Shown piece after piece: positions 36,056-45,710 of a stretch of 64,000 nucleotides of DNA (positions are counted from its first letter, which is position 1; every line of letters begins with the position of its first letter). The translations under genes and the position numbers were made by a program. Under the pieces are notes generated by a model. It did no database searches and was not told where the DNA came from. It was given only the letters and a program-made list of their open reading frames with translations. This DNA comes from a virus (lineage: Duplodnaviria > Caudoviricetes). Where the stretch lies: positions 1-64,000 of the IMG/VR virus record IMGVR_UViG_3300031555_007195. One strand, 5' to 3'.

Positions 36056-37660
36056 CTAAATAAACAAAATACCACGCTCGTCATAGACACTTTCGGTTGT
36101 GTCATTGCCGCAGCGGATTGCTCGGTCAAGTGCCATAATGGTAGCAACCGCACCGTCAATCTTTTCTGTAGATTTTGCTTTGTCTGCTTTTATATTTCCT
36201 GCAGGGTCAGTTTTGATATAAATGTTATCCATCATCCAACGAAGAACAGGATGTCCGCCGTGAGCAAGTTTCTTTTCCATTGCAAGTTTCATCAGTTCTT
36301 TGGTGGGCGGTGACATATCTTTGTAACCCTGTCCGAATGGAACCACAGTAAATCCCATACCTTCAAGGTTCTGAACCATCTGCACAGCACCCCAACGGTC
36401 ATATGCTATTTCACGGATGTTATATTTTTCACCCAAGGATTCAATGAATTTTTCTATGTATCCGTAATGTACAACATTGCCTTCTGTAGTCATAAGCAAG
36501 TCTTGTCGTTCCCAAGTATCATACGGAACATGGTCACGGCGAACACGAAGGTCTACATTGTCTTCAGGAATCCAAAAGTATGGAAGGATAATATATTTAT
36601 CGTCCTCATCTTCGGGTGGGAATACTAATACAAAAGCCGTGATATCCGTTGTGCTTGAAAGGTCAAGCCCACCGTAGCATACACGACCTTCAAGTTCGGA
36701 TTTGTCTACAGGAAATGCACAACCATCCCACACAGTCATTGGCATCCAACGAACTGCCTGTTTAACCCATTGGTTAAGTCGAAGCTGACGGAAGGCATTC
36801 TCTTCACCGGGATTTTGTTTTGCCTGTTCACAGGCTTGCTGAACTTTGTCTATGCCAACTGTAACACCAAGAGAGGGATTGGCTTTCTGCCAAACCTTCG
36901 GGTCAGTCCAATCATCGTCATCATCAGCACCATAAATCACGGGGTAGAAAGTTGGGTCAACCTTTCGACCTTCAATAATATCTTTTGCTTTTTGATGTGT
37001 TTCATAGCAAATGGATTGTGTATCATTTCCGGCTGTGGTAATAAGAAAATACAAAGGTTGCATTCTTGCGTCACCCGAACCTTTGGTCATAACATCAAAG
37101 AGCTTCCTGTTAGGCTGGGTATGAAGTTCATCGAAAATAACACCGTGGGTATTAAAGCCGTGCTTGTTTGCAACGTCCGCCGACAGAGCCTTGTACTTAC
37201 TTCCCGTAGGATTATAAGTCATTGTCTTTTGACTTGCCTGGATTGTCATTTTATTCTTAAGCAATGGACTTCGTCTTACCATTTCCAAAGCAACATCGAA
37301 AACGATACGAGCCTGATCTTTATCTGCAGCACAACCATAAACTTCTGCACCGGGTTCAAAGTCTGCACAAAGAAGATACAGAGCAACGGCAGCCGCAAGT
37401 TCTGACTTGCCTTGTTTTTTGGGTATCTCAATGTATGCGGTATTGAACTGTCGGTATCCGTTTGGTTTAAGAACCCCAAAAATATCACGAATAATTTGTT
37501 CCTGCCAATCTATAAGTTCAAAGGGTTTTCCGTCCCATGTACCTTTTGTATGACAGCAGAATTTTTCTATAAAGCATACTGCGTGGTCGGCGGCATCTTT
37601 GTCATAGTAGCTATCCTTTGCCATAAATCTTGTCGGCTTATAGTTTTTCAGTTTTCGCAA
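36056..37660 (-). CDS. Terminase large subunit
   Basis: PKKQGKS, FDELH, ITTAG, GGLDLS, KIDGAVA. Confidence 0.94.
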   Translation of the reverse strand: MRKLKNYKPTRFMAKDSYYDKDAADHAVCFIEKFCCHTKGTWDGKPFELIDWQEQIIRDIFGVLKPNGYRQFNTAYIEIPKKQGKSELAAAVALYLLCADFEPGAEVYGCAADKDQARIVFDVALEMVRRSPLLKNKMTIQASQKTMTYNPTGSKYKALSADVANKHGFNTHGVIFDELHTQPNRKLFDVMTKGSGDARMQPLYFLITTAGNDTQSICYETHQKAKDIIEGRKVDPTFYPVIYGADDDDDWTDPKVWQKANPSLGVTVGIDKVQQACEQAKQNPGEENAFRQLRLNQWVKQAVRWMPMTVWDGCAFPVDKSELEGRVCYGGLDLSSTTDITAFVLVFPPEDEDDKYIILPYFWIPEDNVDLRVRRDHVPYDTWERQDLLMTTEGNVVHYGYIEKFIESLGEKYNIREIAYDRWGAVQMVQNLEGMGFTVVPFGQGYKDMSPPTKELMKLAMEKKLAHGGHPVLRWMMDNIYIKTDPAGNIKADKAKSTEKIDGAVATIMALDRAIRCGNDTTESVYDERGILFI

Positions 37661-37757
37661 ATGCTGTCACCTCCTAAAAATGGGTATATAAATAAGACCA
37701 TTTCAGGTCTTTGGTGTAACGAGGAACAGAGCCTTTCAGCTCCGTTCGGTTTTTATT

Positions 37758-37994
37758 TTAGAAATTTTCTGTATGAACAAGGATTTCGTAAGCAAGTTGC
37801 GTTTCTTCATCGACAGGCTTAACATCCCAACCTCTGTCATAGTTGCAAACTGTCTTGCCATCTCGTTTCAACATCAGCTTTGAAATTTTACCGCCTTCGA
37901 TGCCGTATTGAGAACCCACTTCATAAACCTTTATCCAATAATGGAAGATGCTGTTGTAAACCTTCAAAGAACCTTCTTTCCACATTTCGAGCAC
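37758..37994 (-). CDS. Conserved phage hypothetical protein
   Basis: MWKEG...GGKISKL...NYDRGWD. Confidence 0.7.
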   Translation of the reverse strand: MLEMWKEGSLKVYNSIFHYWIKVYEVGSQYGIEGGKISKLMLKRDGKTVCNYDRGWDVKPVDEETQLAYEILVHTENF

Positions 37995-37998
37995 CTCC

Positions 37999-38376
37999 TT
38001 ATATGCAAAGCATTTTGATTGCGGGAATGCGTTTCTTGCTGTTTGAGCCGGCCTCTGTGTATCTTGCGTTCACTTCCGTAAGTCCTGCCATTTGAAAGCC
38101 GTGTTTCTGAAACTCTGCAAGGGTTTCTATAAGGCTTGAGAATGTGCTTGAAATTGTGAATTCGTAAATGCCGTTTGCCTTGAGGCAGGTTGCAATGTCC
38201 TCAATTTCGTGTTCCCAAATGACCTCGTTGAAATCAATTTTATCGTTCTCGGTTTCTTCAAGGTTACGGTATGCCCAAAAAAGTGTAGGGTTAATTCCAA
38301 CCTCTCGAAGGTTAGGAACTTTGTTTTCGATTGCCTTTTCAAATACTTCAATTTTCTTCATTTCTGAATCCTCCAA
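37999..38376 (-). CDS. Conserved phage hypothetical protein
   Basis: FTISSTFSSLIE pattern; RBS GGAGG. Confidence 0.7.
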   Translation of the reverse strand: MEDSEMKKIEVFEKAIENKVPNLREVGINPTLFWAYRNLEETENDKIDFNEVIWEHEIEDIATCLKANGIYEFTISSTFSSLIETLAEFQKHGFQMAGLTEVNARYTEAGSNSKKRIPAIKMLCI

Positions 38377-38407
38377 ATAATGTGTTTTTATCCTTTTCGG
38401 TAGTACA

Positions 38408-38437
38408 CATATTACCTCTAAATGTACATATTATCAA
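38408..38437 (-). promoter_or_regulatory. SigA-like promoter motif TTGAT-N-GGTAATAT (further copies at 17811-17840 and 39758-39787)
   Basis: Three similar sequences precede small transcription units inside the prophage. Confidence 0.6.
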
Positions 38438-38489
38438 GTCATTTAGAGGTAATAAACTACACAAATATTCGTGGCTTAAATTGTGGATT

Positions 38490-38672
38490 TTACTCTTCGG
38501 ATTCGCCTGTTAAAATGAACTTTACATACTCTGCTCGATTGTATTCCAAGAATAACACGAGGTCAAAATATCCCATGTTCTTGGCAAGCTGATAGACTCT
38601 CTGAACATCAAACATATTTGTAAGACCTGTTGCTCTAATACTAAGAATCTGCTCTTTAACTTTCTCATTCAT
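38490..38672 (-). CDS. DUF5049-like protein
   Basis: EQILSIRATGLTNMFD. Confidence 0.8.
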   Translation of the reverse strand: MNEKVKEQILSIRATGLTNMFDVQRVYQLAKNMGYFDLVLFLEYNRAEYVKFILTGESEE

Positions 38673-39066
38673 AATCGATGTCCTCGATTTCTGTACATCC
38701 CTTTATGAGTTGAAGATAAATGTTGGTGTAGCGGTCTTTTTCTGCTCCTTCGCAACAAGACATTCCCTCAAGGAATTCCTTGATTGCTTCTTGTCGGTCA
38801 TCCCATACTTTGGTTTCACCATAGCATGTGATTTTTACCGCATCAAGCTTTCTGCAAGAGTCTTCACCGTAAACAACTCCGAGGGAAGAACCACAATCCC
38901 AACTTACATGGATTGTTCCCATATCATCGACAGCTTTAACTGTGCCTCTGCAACCCGGATGAAGTTTTCTATTGTATGGGTCATCCATATGAACAAGTTC
39001 AACTCTTGTTCCTGCAGGAAACCTATCTCTTAAAGCTTGCAGTGTCTCTTTTGAAATGGTAAACAT
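38665..39066 (-). CDS. DUF4314-like protein
   Basis: GTRVELVHMDDPY...GTV..VDD.GTIHVSWDCGSSLG. Confidence 0.82.
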   Translation of the reverse strand: MFTISKETLQALRDRFPAGTRVELVHMDDPYNRKLHPGCRGTVKAVDDMGTIHVSWDCGSSLGVVYGEDSCRKLDAVKITCYGETKVWDDRQEAIKEFLEGMSCCEGAEKDRYTNIYLQLIKGCTEIEDIDYE

Positions 39067-39758
39067 TATTCTGCCTCCTTTGTTTTGAATGCTGAATTGC
39101 CTTCAAGATTTTTAAGAAGAATTTTTCTCAACTCCTTAAACTCTGCTCCAATAAAACCAAGTCTTAAAAGGAAACATCTGAATGCATACTTTTCATTATC
39201 AACTTGTTTTTCAGTAGCGGTTACTCGCTTTTGTGTTCTTGCCATTTCGCAAAGCTTACAAATGAAATGGTCGTATGCCTTTATTTCTTCGGGTGTTTTG
39301 CCATTGAACCAAGGGAAACAAATCTTGCCGTCTTCTTCAAGGACAGTAAGGTCATCAATGTCAAAAGCTTTCTTTAAAAGCGTAGCCTTTGAGTCGATGA
39401 TGTTTTTAAGGTTTGCTAATGCTGTTTCCGTGAAAAGGGTTCTTGGCATTGAAATGCAAAGGCCTATGGTTTCAGGTTCTTTGTATGCCTCCGGCAATCC
39501 TTCGGATTCAAAGCCGTTATCATAAAGCATTTCAAGAAGTCTTTCGATAACTTCACTATCGGCTCTGTCGTCAAATGAAAGAGCACCGTTTTTGTCAATA
39601 TGAAAGTAATCAACTTCATAAGCAAAAGACGGTGCTCCAAGATATTTAACTTCGCTGCCGAGCCATTTGGCAATTGTCAAAACGAGTTCTTTTCGTTTTG
39701 CGCCTGGTACATTGTACTTAACTGTCATATGTATGACCTCCTTTAATTTGGTAGTCAC
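39066..39758 (-). CDS. Conserved phage/ICE hypothetical protein
   Basis: YLGAPSFAY, FPWF, NEKYAFRCFLLRLGFIG. Confidence 0.75.
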   Translation of the reverse strand: MTTKLKEVIHMTVKYNVPGAKRKELVLTIAKWLGSEVKYLGAPSFAYEVDYFHIDKNGALSFDDRADSEVIERLLEMLYDNGFESEGLPEAYKEPETIGLCISMPRTLFTETALANLKNIIDSKATLLKKAFDIDDLTVLEEDGKICFPWFNGKTPEEIKAYDHFICKLCEMARTQKRVTATEKQVDNEKYAFRCFLLRLGFIGAEFKELRKILLKNLEGNSAFKTKEAE

Positions 39759-39818
39759 ATATTACCTCTAAACCTCTGATATATCAAGCATTTTACTACA
39801 TAATTATGTGTTAAATAA

Positions 39819-42032
39819 TTAGCCTTCGTTTTGTGTAAACCACACAATTCCCGAAAGTACAAAATAAACGCAAGGTAAAGCAACTCCGTTGCCCCACATT
39901 TTATATTCCGCTGAATCGGAATGCGGAGACTTGAGCCATCTTACAATTTGCTTTAGTGTTTTCGGTTTGCCTGATTTTCCTATGACCTTTCGGTAAGTTT
40001 CAAAGATATCATACCAACATCGGATATCGTCCATTGTAGGCTCGGCTGTTTCAAGATTTGAACACCACCAATCGGGGAAACCTTGAAGTCTTGCACATTC
40101 AATCGGTGTTAATCTTCTTACTGTATAGCTCGTTTCTATAACTCCATTCTGAAAACCGGGATTTGTCCCATTAACAAGTGTGTTCGATAAATCATATCGA
40201 GGTGATTGACATTCAGCTTTCATTTGTGGATAGAATGATACAGGATGAGCTAAAGCACCGGGGCCTTTTGCCACAATGGTAGGTTGTACTTCTTCATCAA
40301 TGCAAGGCATAAACTGTGCGTTCTTACCTTGATTGAAAGCATCCCTTCCAATACCATAGCTTGGCTGTGTAACAATTGCAGCATCTTTATAATCTCTTGA
40401 AAGAAGGGTCGGTGCTTTTTCTTCCGTTACTTGTGCGTAGTATCCTGTGGTCATCGCATATACTGCGTGACGGTCGACGGTGTTAAGAGTAAAACTAACA
40501 TCTTCGTTGATGCCGTCGCCTTGGGGTCCATTCTTTTCATCTCTTCCAATCATAGAACCTTGAATACAAACCGCAGGTTCGCCACCATGCGTACAAGCAA
40601 GTGTGGGTGCAAGTTCTTCTGTGACATTACAAGCACTTTTTCCACCACCTTGGTCTACACAAACCACGGCAATCCCACCTTGATTGCAACTGGGGTTTCC
40701 GCCGTTTGCATCAAGTGTTCTTGAAGTATCCGCTTCATAAATTCCGCTGTTCGGATTATCAGATTTCATTGAATTGCTATCTTTTGAGCAAATGCCGAAT
40801 GCCTGGAGAACACAATTGAAATGGTTTTTGTCGAGCATCCGCTGATTGCCTCTGGCATTATGCACGGTAAGTGTCGGAGCGGTTTGCTTACCATCCCAAC
40901 TGCAAGGTTCAAACAAGGTCTGGTCATTATTACACGAGAGTGTTGCAGATTTATCTTCTTGTATCAAAGCACCTTTTCCGCCACCTTCACAGCCAGAGCG
41001 TATTTTTAATACAAGCGGTACATTGTTTCCGCCAGTGCCCATACGGGAAGTAAGAGTTTGTACCTTACCATCATCGGAAACTTTTATACGGCTGTCGGTA
41101 GGATGATTTTCCAAAGCCACCGTAGCAGGAACAATACCTGCACGGAGTGTCGGAGCTGTTTCTTCTTCGTATCCGATGCTTCTGCTTTTAGCTGAGTGTT
41201 CGGTACAAAAACCTGCCGATTCCAAAACGCACGGAGGGTGATGTGCTTCGGCACGGAGTGTTGCTGTCATATCTTCAGTAACATCCATGCGGTTACCACC
41301 TTGGTCATTTAAGCAGATGCTTGTCTCTCCAGAGCAATTCTCAATACTTCCGGCAGTTCTTTGCCACGCACGGAAGCTCTCCGCAGAATACCCTGACAAG
41401 CCTTCTGACTTAAAAAGTATGTCGAAGGCACCCCGACCTGCAAAATCTGCGACAAGGTAGATTCGTTTTCTTCTTTGGGGGACTCCCCAAAATTGAGCGT
41501 CGAGAGTTCTATAAGCAACGCTCCATCCGTCTCCCATATAGCAGTCGGCATAGGGCCACTTTGCTTTTTCAGGCATAGGCACTTCGGCATTCGGTTCTGT
41601 AACACCGATGACCGCTTCGAGGACTGCTTTGAAGTCTTCACCTTTGTTTGAAGAGAAGGCTCCGGGGACATTTTCCCATACGATGTATCTTGGGTATTTG
41701 CCATTTGTGGCACACCTCATTTCTTTTATAATTCGGATGGCTTCATAAAACAAAACGGATTGATGTCCGTCAAGTCCGGCTCGTTTCCCGGCAACCGACA
41801 TATCGGTGCATGGTGAGCCGAAAGTTATAATGTCTACGGGTTCAATCTTGCCACCATCCATAGCAGAGATATCACCGTAGTGTTTCATAAACGGCATTCG
41901 CTTGGTTGTTACCCTAATAGGAAACGGCTCGATTTCCGATGCCCATACAGGAACAATGCCGGAAAGCAAGCCACCTAAAGGAAACCCACCAGAGCCATCA
42001 AACAAGCTACCGAGGGTTAAATTCTTATTCAT
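39819..42032 (-). CDS. DNA (cytosine-5) methyltransferase with a very long modular variable region
   Basis: LFDGSGG (I), FGSPC (IV), ENV (VI), QRRKR (VIII), RRLTPIECARLQGFP (IX), WGNGV (X). Confidence 0.93.
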   Translation of the reverse strand: MNKNLTLGSLFDGSGGFPLGGLLSGIVPVWASEIEPFPIRVTTKRMPFMKHYGDISAMDGGKIEPVDIITFGSPCTDMSVAGKRAGLDGHQSVLFYEAIRIIKEMRCATNGKYPRYIVWENVPGAFSSNKGEDFKAVLEAVIGVTEPNAEVPMPEKAKWPYADCYMGDGWSVAYRTLDAQFWGVPQRRKRIYLVADFAGRGAFDILFKSEGLSGYSAESFRAWQRTAGSIENCSGETSICLNDQGGNRMDVTEDMTATLRAEAHHPPCVLESAGFCTEHSAKSRSIGYEEETAPTLRAGIVPATVALENHPTDSRIKVSDDGKVQTLTSRMGTGGNNVPLVLKIRSGCEGGGKGALIQEDKSATLSCNNDQTLFEPCSWDGKQTAPTLTVHNARGNQRMLDKNHFNCVLQAFGICSKDSNSMKSDNPNSGIYEADTSRTLDANGGNPSCNQGGIAVVCVDQGGGKSACNVTEELAPTLACTHGGEPAVCIQGSMIGRDEKNGPQGDGINEDVSFTLNTVDRHAVYAMTTGYYAQVTEEKAPTLLSRDYKDAAIVTQPSYGIGRDAFNQGKNAQFMPCIDEEVQPTIVAKGPGALAHPVSFYPQMKAECQSPRYDLSNTLVNGTNPGFQNGVIETSYTVRRLTPIECARLQGFPDWWCSNLETAEPTMDDIRCWYDIFETYRKVIGKSGKPKTLKQIVRWLKSPHSDSAEYKMWGNGVALPCVYFVLSGIVWFTQNEG
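41309..41704 (-). CDS. Overlapping +1-frame ORF inside the C5 methyltransferase gene (candidate beta polypeptide)
   Basis: SD GAGGTG about 8 nt before ATG 41704; encodes LSQILQVGVPSTYFLSQKACQGILRRA...GKELP. Confidence 0.55.
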   Translation of the reverse strand: MANTQDTSYGKMSPEPSLQTKVKTSKQSSKRSSVLQNRMPKCLCLKKQSGPMPTAIWETDGALLIELSTLNFGESPKEENESTLSQILQVGVPSTYFLSQKACQGILRRASVRGKELPEVLRIALERQASA

Positions 42033-43272
42033 TAAAATTCGTGACCTCCTTGTATGTAAAAGTCACACCATCTCTTTCAACCGAAACTCCGTCTGCAGAG
42101 CCAACAAGCTCGATGTATCTGTTTATAATTACATCACAGAATTTTTCATCAAGTTCAATGGTGTAGCAGATGCGGTCGGATTGTTCACAAGCAATAAGGG
42201 TTGAACCGCTACCACCGAATGGGTCAAGCACTACGGAATTTGTCATACTTGAATTCATAATCGGATACGCAAGAAGAGGAATAGGTTTCATCGTAGGATG
42301 TTCGCCGTTTTTCTTTGGTTTATCAAATTCCCAAATTGTAGATTCCTTTCTTCCTGTGTACCATTGATGTTTACCTTTTTTCTTCCAACCGAAGAGGCAA
42401 GGTTCGTGCTGCCATTGATAAGGTGAACGACCAAGAACAATGGATTGCTTTTTCCAAATGCAAGTTCCTGAAAGATAGAAGCCTGCATCATAAAAAGCCT
42501 TTCTGAAATTAAGACCTTCTGTATCCGCGTGGAATACATAAATTGAAGCATCATCTGCTATCGCAGATTCCGTATTAACGAAAGCATCAAGGAGGAAGCT
42601 ATAGAACTTATCATTATCCATGTTATCGTTCTTGATTTTTCCTGCAGAGCCTTCGTAGTTTACATTATACGGAGGGTCGGTAATGACAAGGTTAGCCTTT
42701 ACACCTTTCATCAAAGTTTCAAAAGTATCTGCCTTTGTACTATCACCGCAGATAAGTCTGTGCTTACCAAGTGTCCACATATCACCGCTTTTTGAAAAAG
42801 TCGGTTTTTCAAGTTCGGCATTAACATCAAAGGCATCTTCTTTGATACCTTCCTTGAGTGTATCTTTGAAAAGGTCATCAATTTCAGCGGGGTCAAATCC
42901 TGTAAGAGAAACATCGAAGTCTGCACCTTGCAGATCTGAAATAAGAAGAGCAAGTTTATCTTTGTCCCAATCACCGCTTATTTTATTAAGTGCAACATTG
43001 AGAGCTTTTTCCTTTTCTTCTGTTAGTTCAACAACCACACAATCAACTTCGGTGTGACCCATATCAATTAAGACCTTGAGTCTTTGGTGTCCACCAACAA
43101 CTCTGCCTGTTGTCTTATTCCAAATAACGGGTTCTACATATCCGAACTGTTCAATGGAGCGTTTCAGTTTTTCATATTCAAGGTCACCCGGTTTCAAGTC
43201 CTTACGAGGGTTATAGTCCGCAGGAAGAAGGTCTGCTGTGTTTTTCTTTTCAATTAACATACGAGACCCCAC
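42025..43272 (-). CDS. ParB-domain + beta-class N6A/N4C DNA methyltransferase
   Basis: YNPRK...VVGGHQR (ParB); TDPPY before DPFGGSGST; HPTMKP. Confidence 0.92.
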   Translation of the reverse strand: MGSRMLIEKKNTADLLPADYNPRKDLKPGDLEYEKLKRSIEQFGYVEPVIWNKTTGRVVGGHQRLKVLIDMGHTEVDCVVVELTEEKEKALNVALNKISGDWDKDKLALLISDLQGADFDVSLTGFDPAEIDDLFKDTLKEGIKEDAFDVNAELEKPTFSKSGDMWTLGKHRLICGDSTKADTFETLMKGVKANLVITDPPYNVNYEGSAGKIKNDNMDNDKFYSFLLDAFVNTESAIADDASIYVFHADTEGLNFRKAFYDAGFYLSGTCIWKKQSIVLGRSPYQWQHEPCLFGWKKKGKHQWYTGRKESTIWEFDKPKKNGEHPTMKPIPLLAYPIMNSSMTNSVVLDPFGGSGSTLIACEQSDRICYTIELDEKFCDVIINRYIELVGSADGVSVERDGVTFTYKEVTNFNE

Positions 43273-44042
43273 TCGGCAAATGCCTCAAAACCACCAACGG
43301 ATTTGATATATGTTCTTGCCGTTTCTACGATTTCATCGTAAGGAATCCCATCAACACTTTCATCACCGATTGCACAGCAAAGTTCTACTGTTTTGCCTGT
43401 TTCCTGTGCTTTCAGAAAAGCATAGATGTTAACAGACACATCGGCTTTTGATAAATCTTTACCATGAAGACCTCCGCCTGTTACGCTATCAGCCATGTCA
43501 CTGCCGAGTTTTCTGTTTGTGGCCCCGGAGTCAACATCCGTTCCACCTGTCCAGTCACCGATAGGATTGATTTCGGCACCGTCATATCTTTTGCGAAGAA
43601 CATCTGCTTTGGCATTGCTTTGGCAAATGATAAGCCTTGCACCATCAATGATGTATTTGCCATCGCAAGGATACTCACTATATATGTCCTTTGCGATTTC
43701 AACAAGTGCTTTCTGTTCTGCTGTCATAGGCACACCTTTAAAGATGCCGTTGTCGCCACAACGAACAATGCCTTCTTGGTTCTTTGCAAGATGTACATCC
43801 TGCGGAGTAATTGCAATGTTGCACATAAGATTTGTACCACTGATTCTGTTGATTGCTTTTGCAACATCGGTTTTGTCAATCGGTGCAGATGTTTCTATAA
43901 TCGCATGGCAAACGCCGTGTCCAATTAATACCTCAACCGCAACCTTTGGTTTTTCCTGAACCTGGTATGCAAGGTCTACAATCGCCCCTGCAATTCTGTC
44001 TGCCACCTTGTCCGGGTGACTCGGATTTACTTTTTCAAACAT
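43254..44042 (-). CDS. metK: Phage-type (shortened) S-adenosylmethionine synthetase
   Basis: SHPDK, GDNG, GGTDVDSGATNRKL, GGGLHGKDLSKAD; start MFEKVNP. Confidence 0.82.
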   Translation of the reverse strand: MFEKVNPSHPDKVADRIAGAIVDLAYQVQEKPKVAVEVLIGHGVCHAIIETSAPIDKTDVAKAINRISGTNLMCNIAITPQDVHLAKNQEGIVRCGDNGIFKGVPMTAEQKALVEIAKDIYSEYPCDGKYIIDGARLIICQSNAKADVLRKRYDGAEINPIGDWTGGTDVDSGATNRKLGSDMADSVTGGGLHGKDLSKADVSVNIYAFLKAQETGKTVELCCAIGDESVDGIPYDEIVETARTYIKSVGGFEAFAEWGLVC

Positions 44043-44043
44043 A

Positions 44044-44592
44044 TTAAAACCCCTTTCGTTGATGTAGTAGTCGTTCCAAATCATCATTCGGATTAGCACC
44101 CGAAAAATCTACGGAACAGTTTTCTTTTACAATTTGCATTATGTTGTCCCATTGTCTGCTGGCTTGGTTCATATAGTTGATGCCAATGTTTATGAACGGT
44201 GAAGTGATTGGTTTTCCCGTTGTCGGATGCTTCGACAAAAAACCGAGTTCGTTTGTCATTTCCTCACACTGCAACCATCTGGCTACACACATGGCATAAC
44301 GCTCAATTGTTTGTGGTGATACGAAACTTGCACAGCCTATCGAATTTAGCCAGTTCCATGTGTCTTCATAAATCTGTTTGGCTTTGAGTTCCGTTCCGTC
44401 TCTTTGCTTTGCTCCAAGCAGTTCGTTTGGTTTTGGCATTTGCATTCCTTCAACTTCAGGTATATCCAACATTGTCAGTTTGCGACCACCGGGGTTGCCG
44501 TTTTGTGCCTTTTCAAGATTTGATTTTGGCTTCCGACCTGCGCCCGGACGCTTACCACCACGTCCACCTGTGTTGTTTGATTTTGTAGCCAC
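44044..44592 (-). CDS. Terminase small subunit (P27 family)
   Basis: RGGKRPGAGRK, NPGGR, RWLQCEE...GFL.KHPTTG. Confidence 0.82.
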   Translation of the reverse strand: MATKSNNTGGRGGKRPGAGRKPKSNLEKAQNGNPGGRKLTMLDIPEVEGMQMPKPNELLGAKQRDGTELKAKQIYEDTWNWLNSIGCASFVSPQTIERYAMCVARWLQCEEMTNELGFLSKHPTTGKPITSPFINIGINYMNQASRQWDNIMQIVKENCSVDFSGANPNDDLERLLHQRKGF

Positions 44593-44624
44593 TTTTTCAC
44601 CGCCTTTCTGTTTCGCGCCTATTA

Positions 44625-44715
44625 CCCTTTTGATTTCGCATTTTTTTTACACGAAGGGGGGCGCCCGTTGTTTATCGCCTCTGCCACAGAGATTGCGATG
44701 TCCCTACCGGGTAGC
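44625..44715. other. Probable cos region
   Basis: Non-coding GC-rich tract (minus strand CCCGGTAGGG...GGGCGCCCCCC...GCGAAAT) between HNH and small terminase, the usual cos position in HK97-like phages. Confidence 0.5.
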
Positions 44716-44748
44716 GAAAAAAATAATAATTTTCTAAAAAATCATTAT

Positions 44749-45111
44749 TTATGACCGCCTATGCCATCTGTCACCATCACGAGCAGTAATCTCCGAGTGA
44801 CAAGACTTACATAAGGACATAAGGTTATCCGCTGCGTGTGTACCACCACGGGAGAGAGGGACTATGTGATGTACTTCCTCTGTTGGAGTTACCTTTCCGT
44901 TTTTCAAACACATCTCGCAAAGCGGATGCTGAGCTGCGTGTCTGTCACGGATTCGTTTCCAAGCTCTGCCATACCTTCGTTTGGCTTCAGGGTCACGCCC
45001 ATACTTTTCATAGCGTTGGTTCTCAAGCCGTTCGTGTTCTTCACAGAACCTTCCGTCTGTCAGTTTGGGACAACCGGGATGAGAACACGGTCGCTTTGGT
45101 TTCCTTGGCAT
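44749..45111 (-). CDS. Packaging-associated HNH endonuclease
   Basis: PLCEMC...EVHHIVPL..GG..A.NLMSLCKSCH. Confidence 0.9.
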   Translation of the reverse strand: MPRKPKRPCSHPGCPKLTDGRFCEEHERLENQRYEKYGRDPEAKRRYGRAWKRIRDRHAAQHPLCEMCLKNGKVTPTEEVHHIVPLSRGGTHAADNLMSLCKSCHSEITARDGDRWHRRS

Positions 45112-45230
45112 TCTTTCACCTCACTTTCGTGCATAAGAAAAGCCCTCGCAGGATTGCTCTCACGAAGGCTTTCTGTATTCTCTTTGTCCATTATAATAAT
45201 ACCATAAGATGTAGGTATCATTCTATGTCT

Positions 45231-45683
45231 TTAGGTATCCGATTTAAGAAAATCATCACAAAAATCAAGAGCTTGGTTATGGAGCTTATATAAGTGGTGT
45301 ATGGTGTGATACATATCCACTGCAATCTGCTCCCAAGATTGGAAACACAGATATCGTTTCTCAAGCAGTGTCTGCAACTCGTGATTTGGCACAGATTTTA
45401 TAACAGTTGAAATACGCTGTTTAAGATTTACTAAGTCTTGCACATCTCTGCCAAGTTCTTCTTGCAGGTCTACAATCTTGCAAACTGCATCTGCCATAAG
45501 AGAGGTGCTCGGTGAAGGGTTGTGTGGCATCCCGGTTAAAGTCGAGGTGCATTTTGTTGCAAGAGCGTTTAATGAGTCGATTTGTTCGACTTTACTGTTG
45601 ATTCGCATATCAAGGTAGCGAGCTTGTGAAAGGAATTCTTTTGCATTCATTTCCAATACCTCCGAAAAATTAAGATTTTTCAT
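45231..45683 (-). CDS. ArpU/RinA-like late transcription activator (DUF1492)
   Basis: AKEFLSQ...LLEKRYL...SWEQIAVDM. Confidence 0.8.
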   Translation of the reverse strand: MKNLNFSEVLEMNAKEFLSQARYLDMRINSKVEQIDSLNALATKCTSTLTGMPHNPSPSTSLMADAVCKIVDLQEELGRDVQDLVNLKQRISTVIKSVPNHELQTLLEKRYLCFQSWEQIAVDMYHTIHHLYKLHNQALDFCDDFLKSDT

Positions 45684-45710
45684 TGAGGCGTTGTTTCGTT
45701 GTAAGTATTG

